Source: an uncultured Acidobacteriaceae bacterium
Lineage (GTDB): Bacteria > Acidobacteriota > Terriglobia > Terriglobales > Acidobacteriaceae
Length of the DNA stretch: 64,000 bases
Reading direction: 5' to 3'
Assembly (NCBI GenBank): GCA_963821215.1
Contig: CAWGDH010000019.1
Span: forward strand, 130,858-194,857
Made by a program: the position numbers and the translations under genes. Below are positions 1 through 9,557 of the stretch, in pieces. Below the pieces are notes generated by a model, which did no database searches, was not told the origin of the DNA, and saw nothing but the letters and a program-made list of their open reading frames with translations. Numbering within the stretch: the first letter of the stretch is position 1; every line of letters starts with the position of its first letter.

Positions 1-1
1 G

Positions 2-496
2 TTGATCCGATCGATCGCAGAGGCATTGAGAGGTTGGCTCTACCTGCTGGCCTTTATCACCGGCGCCGGCTACTTGCGCAAGGCAAAGCTGCAAAGGCTG
101 GGCAAGGGAGTCAAGATCTCGCCGACCGTGATCTTCAAGTACCCGGAGATGATCCAGATCGGTGACCATTCCTTTATCAATCATCTTTGCTCCGTATGGG
201 CGTCTCCCGCGGGCCCGATCACGATAGGAAACAACGTGCTTCTCGGCCCGTGCGTATCGATCTTCTCCTCAAATCATGGAATAGCCCGTGGTGAGCTGAT
301 TCGTAATCAGCCCGGACGCGACGCGCCAATCCGGATCGGCAATGATGTGTGGCTGGGAGCCAACGCGGTAGTGACGGCGGGTGTCTCCATCGGCGATGGC
401 GCCGTGGTTGGCGCAGGAGCCGTGGTGACGACTGATCTGCCTGCCATGTCAATCTGCGCTGGTGTGCCTGCAAGGGTCATTAGTTATCGACACTAA
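2..496 (+). CDS. Hexapeptide-repeat (LbH) sugar O-acetyltransferase; may be 5'-partial at the window edge
   Basis: Translation shows tandem hexapeptide turns (IGNNVLLGPCVSI, IGNDVWLGANAVV, IGDGAVVGAGAVV) typical of WcaF/maltose-acetyltransferase-like enzymes. It heads a polysaccharide locus. Confidence 0.75.
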   Translation: MIRSIAEALRGWLYLLAFITGAGYLRKAKLQRLGKGVKISPTVIFKYPEMIQIGDHSFINHLCSVWASPAGPITIGNNVLLGPCVSIFSSNHGIARGELIRNQPGRDAPIRIGNDVWLGANAVVTAGVSIGDGAVVGAGAVVTTDLPAMSICAGVPARVISYRH

Positions 497-575
497 GCTG
501 AGAAATAATTAATCTTCACCTCCACTTTCGTTTAATCCCGTCGCACTAAGCTGCTCCTAATACAAGCGTGAAGCC

Positions 576-1541
576 ATGAGAAAACTTACTGTGGCAATAG
601 TGATTGTTTCGAGCGTGATCTCTATCGCCGCCACGGCGCAGCGTTTGTCTTCCCCCCAACCAGGGCCAGCTTCCTCTGCAGCGCCTGTCGCCATTGGAGG
701 CTCGAATCTGCCGTTTCAGCCGATTGGAGCCTCCGACCTTGTTCGCTTGGCAGTCGATGATTCGCCCGAGCTCTCGCAGACCTTCCGCGTCGACCAGCAG
801 GGAAATCTTAACCTGCCACTGCTCAGCAAACCCATCCCCGCCGCAGGTCTCATGCCGGATGCATTGCGCGACGAGATTACTGCCACTCTGAAGGCACAGC
901 ATCTGCTGGTAGATCCCGTCGTAGATGTCTCCGTGGTGGAGTATCGCAGCCGCGATGTCACCATTGCCGGGGCAGTCAAGACGCCCATGACGCTCCAGGA
1001 ATTGGGTAATCTGCGCGTGCTGGATGCGTTAAGCCAGGCGGGCGGGTTGCTGCCCGACGCCGGCCCGGAGATTATCGTCGAACAGGCCAATGGCAGTTCA
1101 CAACGAATCTCCGTGCGCGAGCTTTTCGACGGGCTTCACCCCCAGCTCAATATCCCAGTCCTCGCAGGCGCCCAGATCCGCGTGCCGGAATGCGAGCAGG
1201 TATTTGTCGTAGGTGACGTGAAGCGGCCGGGAGCGTTTCCCTTTCAAGATGCGCAAGACACCACCGTGCTCAAAATGCTGGCGCTCAGCGGCGGTCTTGA
1301 CTCATTCAGCCTTAAAAAGGCTTATATCTACAGGACGGACCCGGGGAGTACACAGAAAACCGAAATAGAGGTCCCGCTGCGACGCATTCTCGATCGAAAG
1401 TCCGAAGATGTAAAGCTCGCCCCCAACGACATTCTCTACGTTCCGATCAACGGAAAACTGAAGGCGAGCGCGAGCGTGCTAAACCATGTAACCGGCATGG
1501 GCAATGCTGCCGTATCGGCCGCCATTTGGAGCTCCCATTAA
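576..1541 (+). CDS. Polysaccharide export protein (Wza-like, Poly_export + SLBB)
   Basis: N-terminal signal peptide (MRKLTVAIVIVSSVISIAATAQ). Motifs such as DQQGNLNLPLL and IRVPE..VFVVGDVKRPG are typical of Wza/GumB-type exporters. It sits directly upstream of a Wzc-like gene. Confidence 0.8.
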   Translation: MRKLTVAIVIVSSVISIAATAQRLSSPQPGPASSAAPVAIGGSNLPFQPIGASDLVRLAVDDSPELSQTFRVDQQGNLNLPLLSKPIPAAGLMPDALRDEITATLKAQHLLVDPVVDVSVVEYRSRDVTIAGAVKTPMTLQELGNLRVLDALSQAGGLLPDAGPEIIVEQANGSSQRISVRELFDGLHPQLNIPVLAGAQIRVPECEQVFVVGDVKRPGAFPFQDAQDTTVLKMLALSGGLDSFSLKKAYIYRTDPGSTQKTEIEVPLRRILDRKSEDVKLAPNDILYVPINGKLKASASVLNHVTGMGNAAVSAAIWSSH

Positions 1542-1639
1542 CCACGCCACGTCCTGCGTGATGAACCATCTCTCGGCGATGCTGCCGCCCATACGTTGAT
1601 ACGAAAATCTAGATCTGCTGCCAGAACGGAGCCCAGTGT

Positions 1640-3781
1640 ATGCCCGATTCGATAGCGATACGGAAGCCGCATCCCAGGCTGAGCGATCCCGCTGATTTCC
1701 AGCGGCCACTCACCTTTTACGCGGAGATCGTGCGCCGCCATTGGGAAATGATCACAGTACTCAGCATCGCGCTCACTGCTCTGGTGGCGCTCGGGTGTGC
1801 CTTGCTGCCCGCTGTCAATGTGGGATCCGCGTTGATAGCGATTGACAGGCAGGAGGTGCCTGAAATCGTTGGATCCGGCCGCCCCATGACCACCGGGGAC
1901 GACCAGTTCATGGCGACGCAGCAAGGCCTTCTGCAGGCCGACTCCATCCTCCGTCCGGTAGCGGAACGCTACAACCTGTTGGAGCGTGAACACCAATTGC
2001 AGCGCTACTGGTTTTGGCCCGTTTCGCGGAACAAGCAAGCCGCGATCAGAAATGCGCCCATCGTCCTGAAACATCTGAAGGTCGATCGCAATCCCAACAC
2101 GTACTTATTGACCATTACCTATCGAGATGCAAATCCCCAGATCGCCGCCGATGTCGCCAACGCCATTGCCGATTCCTACCTGCGCGAGATTTTCGAGACG
2201 CGCACCAGGGAGGCAGGCCGCCTCACCTCCTCGATGGAGCGGCAACTGATTGACCTAAAGCAAAAGATGGAGTCGACACACAACGCGCTGATGGTCTACC
2301 AGCGCGACCTGGGAACCGCCGATCCGGAGCAGAAGACGAGTGTACTGGTGGCCAGGCTGCAAGCGCTGAATACTGAGAACAGCGTCGCCGAAGCGGATCG
2401 TATCGCCAAGGAGGCAGTGTACCGCGAAGCAAAAGATGGTTCCCTGCCCGAGGTCGAGGTTTCCGGCCAATCGAGCGATCTCTCCAAGGATGTAGAGAAG
2501 CTGCAGGTAGCCAAGGCAAACCTGGCTCTAGTGGGTGCAACTTACGGAGATCAGCATCCGGAGTACCGCAAGGCGGCGGCCCAGGTGGAGGAAGCCAGCG
2601 CCGCACTGGACGAGAGCCGCCGCAACGTCGCCTCCCGCATAGGCGTGGATTACCGCCAGACACTGGTGCGCGAGCGCATGTTATCGGCCGCTGTGGCCGA
2701 AACCAAACAACAGGTCGACGATCTGACCTCACAATCCTTCGATTATCTGGAGCTGAAGCACGAGGCGGACACCGCGGAACACGTTTACGAAGATCTGTTT
2801 GCCAAGATCAAGCAGTCAGGCATCAATTCCGAATTGCAAAACAACGTCATCCGGCTGGCGGATTCCGCTCGCCCTGCCGCCAGGCCGATCTTTCCCAATT
2901 GGCCGCTGATTGTAGGCGGCTGCATGGCCTTTTTCTCTCTCGTCTGTGCCGCATATTTTATCTCCGCGGAACTAACCGACGTGACTGCGAAAGAGATCGA
3001 GCCGATGGAAGAGGCGCTTGGCATTTCCGTGGTCTGCGCCTTGCCTCAAGTAATAGACATGCATCTCCGGCTGGCCATCGCCTCTGAAGGCATACGCTTC
3101 CCAGGAAGCCGCTTTCGCAGCCTGCAAGGCGGTTTTTTCGACGAGGGCGTACGCCACCTGCGGGGCTATCTGATGCTCTCTACCCAGGCGCATGTGCCCA
3201 AGAGCGTGTTGGTAACGAGCGCCTTCCCGGGCGAAGGAAAATCGACTCTCGCGCTCTCGCTGGCGATGGCCAACGCGGAACAAGGCAAACGCACGTTGTT
3301 AATCGACGGCGACCTGCGCCAACCGGCGATTGAAAGGCTGGTGCGCCTGGAGCCCGATGCCGGCTTGGCGGCGGTACTGGCGCAGACCACTGATTGGAAA
3401 ACAGCCACCCGCGCGGTCTCCGCGCGCCCCAATCTTTTCGTTCTCGGCTCCGGATTGCCCTTGCCTCTGGCACTAGCGTTGATCGGGCCGAAGATGCGCG
3501 AAATATTGGCCCAGGCCACCAAGGAGTTCGACCTGGTCGTCTTGGATTCACCGCCGTTGTTAGGTTGCGCGGAGACTCTGGAACTGGCCGCGGCCGCGGA
3601 CGTAACGGTCCTGGCAGTGCGCTGCGGGCATACTCCGATGAAGGCTCTGGGCGCAACAGTGGAAACTCTTCGCCGGGTCAATGTACCCATCGCCGGCATC
3701 GTCCTGAATGAATCGGCTATCGCGACGGACGCCACCTTTAAAGCCTATGCCCGTTACTACACCGCGCTAGGCAGCGCCTAG
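1640..3781 (+). CDS. Polysaccharide co-polymerase / tyrosine autokinase (Wzc/GumC/EpsG-like chain-length determinant)
   Basis: 713 aa. It has an N-terminal TM segment, a long coiled-coil periplasmic region, a second TM segment, and a C-terminal P-loop domain (SAFPGEGKSTLALSLA, LLIDGDLRQP, LVVLDSPP). Confidence 0.85.
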   Translation: MPDSIAIRKPHPRLSDPADFQRPLTFYAEIVRRHWEMITVLSIALTALVALGCALLPAVNVGSALIAIDRQEVPEIVGSGRPMTTGDDQFMATQQGLLQADSILRPVAERYNLLEREHQLQRYWFWPVSRNKQAAIRNAPIVLKHLKVDRNPNTYLLTITYRDANPQIAADVANAIADSYLREIFETRTREAGRLTSSMERQLIDLKQKMESTHNALMVYQRDLGTADPEQKTSVLVARLQALNTENSVAEADRIAKEAVYREAKDGSLPEVEVSGQSSDLSKDVEKLQVAKANLALVGATYGDQHPEYRKAAAQVEEASAALDESRRNVASRIGVDYRQTLVRERMLSAAVAETKQQVDDLTSQSFDYLELKHEADTAEHVYEDLFAKIKQSGINSELQNNVIRLADSARPAARPIFPNWPLIVGGCMAFFSLVCAAYFISAELTDVTAKEIEPMEEALGISVVCALPQVIDMHLRLAIASEGIRFPGSRFRSLQGGFFDEGVRHLRGYLMLSTQAHVPKSVLVTSAFPGEGKSTLALSLAMANAEQGKRTLLIDGDLRQPAIERLVRLEPDAGLAAVLAQTTDWKTATRAVSARPNLFVLGSGLPLPLALALIGPKMREILAQATKEFDLVVLDSPPLLGCAETLELAAAADVTVLAVRCGHTPMKALGATVETLRRVNVPIAGIVLNESAIATDATFKAYARYYTALGSA

Positions 3782-3888
3782 GCAAGACTCCACCCGATCG
3801 AGGAGAAGGGGCTGCACACCGTGTCAGATAAGCTAAAGAGCGTTGCGGAGTATCGGTGTCCCATCGTTGAACCCTGTTCAGTTCCAGG

Positions 3889-5256
3889 GTGGGATACCAC
3901 GACGGTGTCAATGGCCTTCCGGTTCTTGGCAAACACGACCCCCTTGCCGGAATCGGCGGGCGCGTGACGCTGCCGGTTACGGTTGCGCTACTCGCCCTTT
4001 GGAGTGCGGCCATGTACCGCTACGGGCGCTCCGTCCTCTTTCCCCCGGCATCTTTGGCAATCGTGTGGACAATCACGCTCCTTGCCATCTGGTTGTGCGG
4101 AGATCTGTATTTCCCTCTTACCACCAGGGCAAATGAAATCGTCCTCACCGGCGTTCTCGCCTTCTCTCTGGGAGGAATCTGCGCCGTGGTGGTTCCCTTG
4201 TGCAGAGGGCTAACACTTTCTGCGGTGAGTGCGAAGCGCCGCACCCAGGTCGACCGATGGCTGACCATCGCGGCGTTACTTTCACTGCTGAATATCCCCT
4301 TCTCTTACCTGTATTTCAAACAACTCAGTGAAACCATCGCTCCCCGGGCAAGTCTGTGGAGACAAATCCGCATCGCGTCCAACAAGGCGAACGTATCCGG
4401 CCACACTGCCCTTTCATTCGAGTCCTTCATCCTGCCCTTGCTGAGCATCGTCGCTCTGATTGCCGTGTACGAGTACGCCGACACCGGCAGGCGCAGGGGC
4501 CGCACACTCTTTCTCGTCCTGCTCGCGGCGGGATATCAACTACTGAACGGCGCCCGCTCCGAGGTGCTCCTTCTACTGATCAGCTCAGTGGTGATGCTGT
4601 GGCTCAAGAAGGGAGTTGCCCCCATCCGATTGCTGGGGATCGTGGGTCTTGTATTCCTGCTGGTCTTCTCCGCCGGACAGGTCGCCATGAACAAATATGG
4701 CGCGAATGCGGGAGCATCGTTGACCGATAATCTTCCCCACTTGGCCCAGGGTTTCGGCACGTATTGGCTGGGCGGAATCATTGCCTTCGACCAGAATCGG
4801 CAAAATCCCGAGCTGAGGTATGGTTGGGATCTGGGTAAGTTCGCCAAGCGGATAGCAAATCGATTCGGCGCAACCTATTCCGAGCGTGACCGCAATCTCG
4901 AATATACAAAAATCTCGCCCAGCCAGATAACCAACGTCTATACCGCGTTCCTGCCTTATTACATGGATCATGGCGGAATGGCCGGAGTTGCCGGGTTGAT
5001 GTTCCTGGTCGGCTTTCTCAGCGCTTATGTATATCGCTGTGCCATCCACGGCAGGTGCTGGGCGGTCTTCACCCTGGGAGCATTCGTCTACGCGACGGTC
5101 ATGACCGTCTTCTCCGAGGAGTACTTCGCCCAGATCATGTTTTTGGTCAAGGCGGGGGCGGTCCCCACCCTTGTTTATTTCGCTCCCAGCCTTACCCTGC
5201 TCGGTCATCCGCAATCGACGGAGAGCGACCTGCCGGAGCCCCAATCGTGCGCGTAG
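3889..5256 (+). CDS. Polytopic membrane protein, O-antigen/EPS polymerase (Wzy-like). Start codon uncertain.
   Basis: About 10 or more hydrophobic segments and no soluble domain. It lies between the Wzc-like gene and the glycosyltransferases. No sequence motif supports the call; it rests on context and topology. Confidence 0.55.
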   Translation: MGYHDGVNGLPVLGKHDPLAGIGGRVTLPVTVALLALWSAAMYRYGRSVLFPPASLAIVWTITLLAIWLCGDLYFPLTTRANEIVLTGVLAFSLGGICAVVVPLCRGLTLSAVSAKRRTQVDRWLTIAALLSLLNIPFSYLYFKQLSETIAPRASLWRQIRIASNKANVSGHTALSFESFILPLLSIVALIAVYEYADTGRRRGRTLFLVLLAAGYQLLNGARSEVLLLLISSVVMLWLKKGVAPIRLLGIVGLVFLLVFSAGQVAMNKYGANAGASLTDNLPHLAQGFGTYWLGGIIAFDQNRQNPELRYGWDLGKFAKRIANRFGATYSERDRNLEYTKISPSQITNVYTAFLPYYMDHGGMAGVAGLMFLVGFLSAYVYRCAIHGRCWAVFTLGAFVYATVMTVFSEEYFAQIMFLVKAGAVPTLVYFAPSLTLLGHPQSTESDLPEPQSCA

Positions 5257-6308
5257 CCGCGTATACCGGCGGCGTGATGGTGCCTAGCGCCAGGGCGCGG
5301 GTGCGCCAATACATCAATCCGCTGGGCAAGCTGGGCATTGCGGTGCGCGAATACCCTCTGCCCTGGGGCAACATACTGCCCCAGCAACGCAGCCTGCGCC
5401 CGCTATGGATGGCAGCAACCGCGGCAGCGCGTACCGCGGCTCTTGCCTGCTCCTGGAAGGCCGATGTGACCTGGATCTCGCGCCAGCTCCTCCCCGCCTT
5501 TGCCCCCCTCGAGGCCTTAGCGAAGCGGCCCATGGTCCTCGACGTCGATGACGCGGTTTGGCTCAACACCGGTGGACACCGCGCCCGGGATCTGGCCCGG
5601 GCCAGCGACCTGGTAGTGTGCGGCAACAGTTTTCTGGCCGACCAATTCTCCCGCTGGAATACCAACGTCACCATCATCCCCACGGCGGTGAATACCTCGT
5701 GGTATCGCCCGCGCCGTTTCCGTGTACCCGCGCCCGCACTGGTGCTGGGCTGGACCGGCACCAGCGGCAATTTTCCCTTCCTCTACTCGATTGAGGGAGC
5801 ATTGCTGCGTGTGTTTCAGCACTGCAGCCGGGCGAAGCTGCTCATCGTCGCCGATCGTCCACCCCAATTCAAACGCCTTCCGGAGTCTCGGATCGAGTTT
5901 GAACTCTGGACGCCACAAACCGAGTTAGGCGCCTTCGCGCATATGTCGATCGGGCTGATGCCGCTGGCCGACACCGCCTGGTGCAACGGCAAGTGCAGTT
6001 ACAAAATGCTCTGCTATATGGCGGCGGGGCTGCCGGTGGTGGTCACCGCCGCCGGCATGAATCGCGAAGTACTGGCGATGGGCGAAGTGGGCTTGAGCGC
6101 AAGTTGCGAGCAGCAGTGGGTCGATGCACTTACTGCGCTGCTCAGCGATGCGGACCTGCGCCAGCGTATGGGGGCTGCCGGCCGCGTTGTGGTTGAAGAG
6201 CACTTCAGCCTGCAGCGGCTGGCGCAACAATATGCAGCTGTATTTCAATCCCTGGGCGGAGAGTCGCCGCGGGTATCTGGATCCAGAGTTGTTGTCCAAA
6301 GCCGATGA
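5247..6308 (+). CDS. Glycosyltransferase, GT-B fold (GT4-like)
   Basis: An in-frame GTG at 5247 overlaps the upstream stop. The C-terminal half has the GT1/GT4 pattern (GWTGTSGNFPFL ... LPVVVTAAGMNREVL). The upstream part of the tracked ORF overlaps the Wzy-like gene and looks non-coding. Confidence 0.7.
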   Translation: MRVAAYTGGVMVPSARARVRQYINPLGKLGIAVREYPLPWGNILPQQRSLRPLWMAATAAARTAALACSWKADVTWISRQLLPAFAPLEALAKRPMVLDVDDAVWLNTGGHRARDLARASDLVVCGNSFLADQFSRWNTNVTIIPTAVNTSWYRPRRFRVPAPALVLGWTGTSGNFPFLYSIEGALLRVFQHCSRAKLLIVADRPPQFKRLPESRIEFELWTPQTELGAFAHMSIGLMPLADTAWCNGKCSYKMLCYMAAGLPVVVTAAGMNREVLAMGEVGLSASCEQQWVDALTALLSDADLRQRMGAAGRVVVEEHFSLQRLAQQYAAVFQSLGGESPRVSGSRVVVQSR

Positions 6309-7243
6309 CCAATCCTGTCATCACGATCGCGATGCCTTTCTTCAACAGCGCCGCTACCCTGGAGCTGGCCGTCCGCTCGCTCTTGAATCAGAGCTACTGC
6401 GACTTTGAGCTCTTACTCTGCGACGACGGTTCCGACGATAAGGGTCTGCTGATCGCACAGGGTTTCCGCGACCCGCGCGTGATCTGTTGGAGTGACGGAA
6501 GGCGGTTACGGCTCGCGGCCCGATTGAATGAATGTATCGACCGGGCGCGTGGCCGTTACCTGGCCAGAATGGATGCCGACGATATTGCCTATCCCCACCG
6601 GCTGGAAAGGCAGTTGGCTTTCCTGGTTGCTCATGCGGAGATAGACCTATGCGCGGCCGGCGCCATGGTCTTCGGCAAACGCGGCCGCCCGCTCTGGCGC
6701 TTCAACCCGGCAACGGACCATGCCGGCATCACCCACTCGCCTTTCCGGGGCTTCCCTTTGTGGCATCCGCTGTGGATGGGGCGCATTGAGTGGTTTCGCC
6801 GTTGGCGTTACGAGGAAACCGCGTGGCTCGCTCAGGATCAGGAGCTGCTGCTGCGCAGCTACCGGCTTAGCCGTTTTGCCAATCTCCCCCAGGTCTTGCT
6901 GGGCTACCGGCGGGAACGGATCACACTCAAGAAGCTCTTGCGCTACAAATTGCTCCACATACAGTATGTCTGCGAGCAGCCCGGCGTCAGCCGTGGCGTC
7001 TGGCGCAAGTTGCAGCTACTGGGTGTCTCCTCGGCGAGGTTTGCCGCCAACTGCGCCGCAGTGTCCGCCGGTTTCGAGCATCGCATCGGTCATCAGGCCG
7101 CGCAAGCGCCTTCCGTGGCAGAGCTCGCGGAGTGGCGCAGTCTGTGGAACCTCCTCGCTGCCTGGTACGGGCGGCCATCGAGCGAGACCTTCCGCCCTTC
7201 GTCGCTGCTCGCGGGCGAAAAGGATCGGCGGGGGCGGGCATGA
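6305..7243 (+). CDS. Glycosyltransferase family 2
   Basis: N-terminus ITIAMPFFNSAATLELAVRSLLNQSYCDFELLLCDDGSDD plus a later RMDADD (DxD) motif. The start overlaps the upstream stop (ATGA). Confidence 0.8.
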   Translation: MTNPVITIAMPFFNSAATLELAVRSLLNQSYCDFELLLCDDGSDDKGLLIAQGFRDPRVICWSDGRRLRLAARLNECIDRARGRYLARMDADDIAYPHRLERQLAFLVAHAEIDLCAAGAMVFGKRGRPLWRFNPATDHAGITHSPFRGFPLWHPLWMGRIEWFRRWRYEETAWLAQDQELLLRSYRLSRFANLPQVLLGYRRERITLKKLLRYKLLHIQYVCEQPGVSRGVWRKLQLLGVSSARFAANCAAVSAGFEHRIGHQAAQAPSVAELAEWRSLWNLLAAWYGRPSSETFRPSSLLAGEKDRRGRA

Positions 7244-8349
7244 AGATCGTTCATGTGCTCACCCGGGGCGACGTTCTTGGCGGAGCACAGAGCCATGTGC
7301 GCGAGCTTTCACTCGAGCTGCGCACCCTTGGCCACGACGTTACTGTGATCACGGGAGCGCCCGGCATTTTCACCGACCAGCTCCGCCAGGCAGGGATCCC
7401 ATGGTTGCCGGTGAGGAGCCTGGTCCGGCCGGTGAGACCACACCGCGATGTGGCGGCTTTGGTCGAGCTTTGGTGCGCCTTGCACCAGTTGAAACCGGAC
7501 CTGGTATGCGCTCACACCGCCAAGGCCGGCTCGCTGGCTCGCGCAGCCGCGCGGCTGCACCGCATCCCCAGTGTCTTTACTCCCCACGGGTGGTCGATCT
7601 TCGATCGCGCGTCGCTCCATACAAATCCACTCTTCTGCTGGGCAGAACGTCTGGCGGGCCGGCTCGGTACGCGCGTGATCAACGTGTGCGAGTACGAGCG
7701 GAGGCTGGCCCAGCAATTCCGCATCTGCCCGGCCAAGGCGCTGGAGGTGGTGCATAACGGCATAGCGGAGATCGCCTTTGATCGCCTGCAGCCAATCGAC
7801 GCCCAGCCCCCGGCGATCGTGATGGTAGCGCGCTTCGCATCGCAAAAGGATCACCGCACCCTGCTGCAGGCGCTTTCTGGCTTGTTATGCCTGGAATGGC
7901 GCTTGCTGTTGGTCGGGGCGGGCGAGCTGAGACCGGGCGTAGACGCGCAAGTGGAAGCACTTGGGCTCAACGGGCGAGTCAGCATATTGCCGCCGGAGAG
8001 CGATGTGAACCGTTTGCTCATGGAAGCGCAGGTCTTTGTGCTCTCTACCAACTTCGAAGCGTTGCCCATCAGCATCCTGGAGGCCATGCGCGCCGCGTTG
8101 CCGGTGGTGGCTACCGACGTGGGAGGCATTGCTGAGTCTGTGCGCCACGAGGAGACCGGCCTGTTGGTAAGCCGGGGAGACGTTGCCGGCCTGCGTGATG
8201 CGCTCGCCCGGCTGATCATCGGCCCGGCATTGCGCGTTGCGATGGGCGCCGCGGGACGGCGCCTCTGGAGCGCTCAGTTCACAGCCAGCGCCATGACCGC
8301 GCGCACCGTCGAGGTCTACAAGCGCGCGCTGGCCGCTTTTGAGAACTGA
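7240..8349 (+). CDS. Glycosyltransferase, GT-B fold (GT4-like)
   Basis: The ATG at 7240 forms an ATGA overlap with the upstream stop. N-terminus MKIVHVLTRGDVLGGAQSHV. The C-terminus has the E-x7-E-type region (EALPISILEAMRAALPVVATDVGGIAESV). Confidence 0.85.
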   Translation: MKIVHVLTRGDVLGGAQSHVRELSLELRTLGHDVTVITGAPGIFTDQLRQAGIPWLPVRSLVRPVRPHRDVAALVELWCALHQLKPDLVCAHTAKAGSLARAAARLHRIPSVFTPHGWSIFDRASLHTNPLFCWAERLAGRLGTRVINVCEYERRLAQQFRICPAKALEVVHNGIAEIAFDRLQPIDAQPPAIVMVARFASQKDHRTLLQALSGLLCLEWRLLLVGAGELRPGVDAQVEALGLNGRVSILPPESDVNRLLMEAQVFVLSTNFEALPISILEAMRAALPVVATDVGGIAESVRHEETGLLVSRGDVAGLRDALARLIIGPALRVAMGAAGRRLWSAQFTASAMTARTVEVYKRALAAFEN

Positions 8350-8414
8350 ATCGAATATTCTAGCCCCCGGCTTGAGATTGACCCGTCGCCAGAACAGGGA
8401 CAGGCTTGAGGTCT

Positions 8415-8639
8415 CTAAGCGTTCGGCGGAATTTCGTCGCAACGTTGCCCACATTGGATCGCGTAAGGCAAAGTTGTAATCATCGTAGCGCCATAGACCT
8501 CGGCGTGTTGACCCTCGAGATGAAGTATCAAAGCCCCTTTTGTCTGCTCGAACCTTTTCGCGTTCGTTGACAAAAGGGTCTCACCATTTGGTTTGTACAG
8601 TGTCACTCGCGGCATCGTGAATCCTCCCTGGCAGAACAT
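8415..8639 (-). CDS. Small hypothetical protein
   Basis: ORF only. Composition is not Arg/Pro-skewed, unlike the antisense ORFs nearby. No recognisable motif. The start may be the internal MPRVTLYK. Confidence 0.3.
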   Translation of the reverse strand: MFCQGGFTMPRVTLYKPNGETLLSTNAKRFEQTKGALILHLEGQHAEVYGATMITTLPYAIQCGQRCDEIPPNA

Positions 8640-8640
8640 T

Positions 8641-8954
8641 CTAGCCTGAATTTCTCACAGACCTGCCTCTCTCTACCGGTAACAAATGACGGGTGCCCCT
8701 CTGCCCGGTTTTGCCTGCCCCGGCGTGCCGTGGGGCAGATGTGGGATTCCACGGACCTCGACCGCCTGACTCTACAGGGTATAGAGGATCATGGACCCTG
8801 GGGATCGGTTGCAGTAGAGAAAGCTGCCGGATCAGCGCGGCGGAATCCCACATCTGCCCCACGGCACGCCGGGGCAGGCAAAACCGGGCAGATATGGGGC
8901 ACCCGTCATTTGTTACCGGTAGAGAGAGGCAGGTTTGTGAGAAATCCAGGCTAG
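8641..8954. repeat. Large inverted repeat: about 110-bp arms (8641-8750 and 8842-8954) around a 91-bp spacer
   Basis: The right arm is the reverse complement of the left arm, apart from a 3-nt indel and about 3 mismatches. Each arm also contains a small internal hairpin (CTGCCCC-N9-GGGGCAG). Confidence 0.9.
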
Positions 8955-8989
8955 ACCCTGGCCTGGAGAGTGTCGTCAGGTAGGAGTGG

Positions 8990-9502
8990 CTACTCGATTT
9001 CCTGCACCTTAACGATGAAATACTGGAAGGTGTCTCCCTTAGTCAGCAGCAATTGGTGGGGAATGTCGGCTGGTATGTGGACAATGTCGCCCTTCTTCAG
9101 CTTGGTTTCCTTGCCATCCTGTATCGAGTCACCCCGCACTTCGCCGGGCCCCGTGCTTTTGCCGTTGACCATTTTGCCGCCGCTGACCAGCGTTGCTTTG
9201 CCATCGACCACCACGTAAAAGTCGGCAAACTTCTCGTGCAGCTCGGCCTGTCCGCTTTTCGTGCGAAACGCCAGCATCGAGTAGTCGGTGGAATATTTCT
9301 TGACCGTCTCTGTGGCCAGTCCCGAAGCTTCGGCCTTCTCCTTCAGCTTCTTCTCCATACTCAGCAACTCATCTTGTGAATACACGTCCGGCGACGCCGC
9401 CGTCCCCGCTTCCTGCGCCAGCGAAACCCGCCCTGGAGCAGCCACTATGCCCATCGCCAACAAGATCACGGGAACTGCCCAACTCCTCTGTTTGCCTGTC
9501 AT
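8990..9502 (-). CDS. Secreted cupin-domain protein
   Basis: The internal ATG at 9502 gives a signal peptide (MTGKQRSWAVPVILLAMGIVAAPG). The C-terminal cupin-like motif is GDIVHIPADIPHQLL..GDTFQYFIVKV. Confidence 0.6.
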   Translation of the reverse strand: MTGKQRSWAVPVILLAMGIVAAPGRVSLAQEAGTAASPDVYSQDELLSMEKKLKEKAEASGLATETVKKYSTDYSMLAFRTKSGQAELHEKFADFYVVVDGKATLVSGGKMVNGKSTGPGEVRGDSIQDGKETKLKKGDIVHIPADIPHQLLLTKGDTFQYFIVKVQEIE

Positions 9503-9557
9503 TCGGTCTATACCTTGTTCTTTCCTGCCGCGATGCGGCATGGGTGAGAAAAGCAGT

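Noticed and set aside
6720-7757. 345-aa plus-strand ORF spanning the GT2/GT4 junction
   Set aside because: It is an alternative frame of two well-supported glycosyltransferase genes, with extreme Arg/Ser/Pro/Gly composition.
8641-8954. Mirror-image ORFs 8641-8862(-) and 8730-8954(+), both starting MGQMWDS…
   Set aside because: The identical peptides arise only because the DNA is a palindrome. There is no SD, and the sequence is better explained as a structural repeat.
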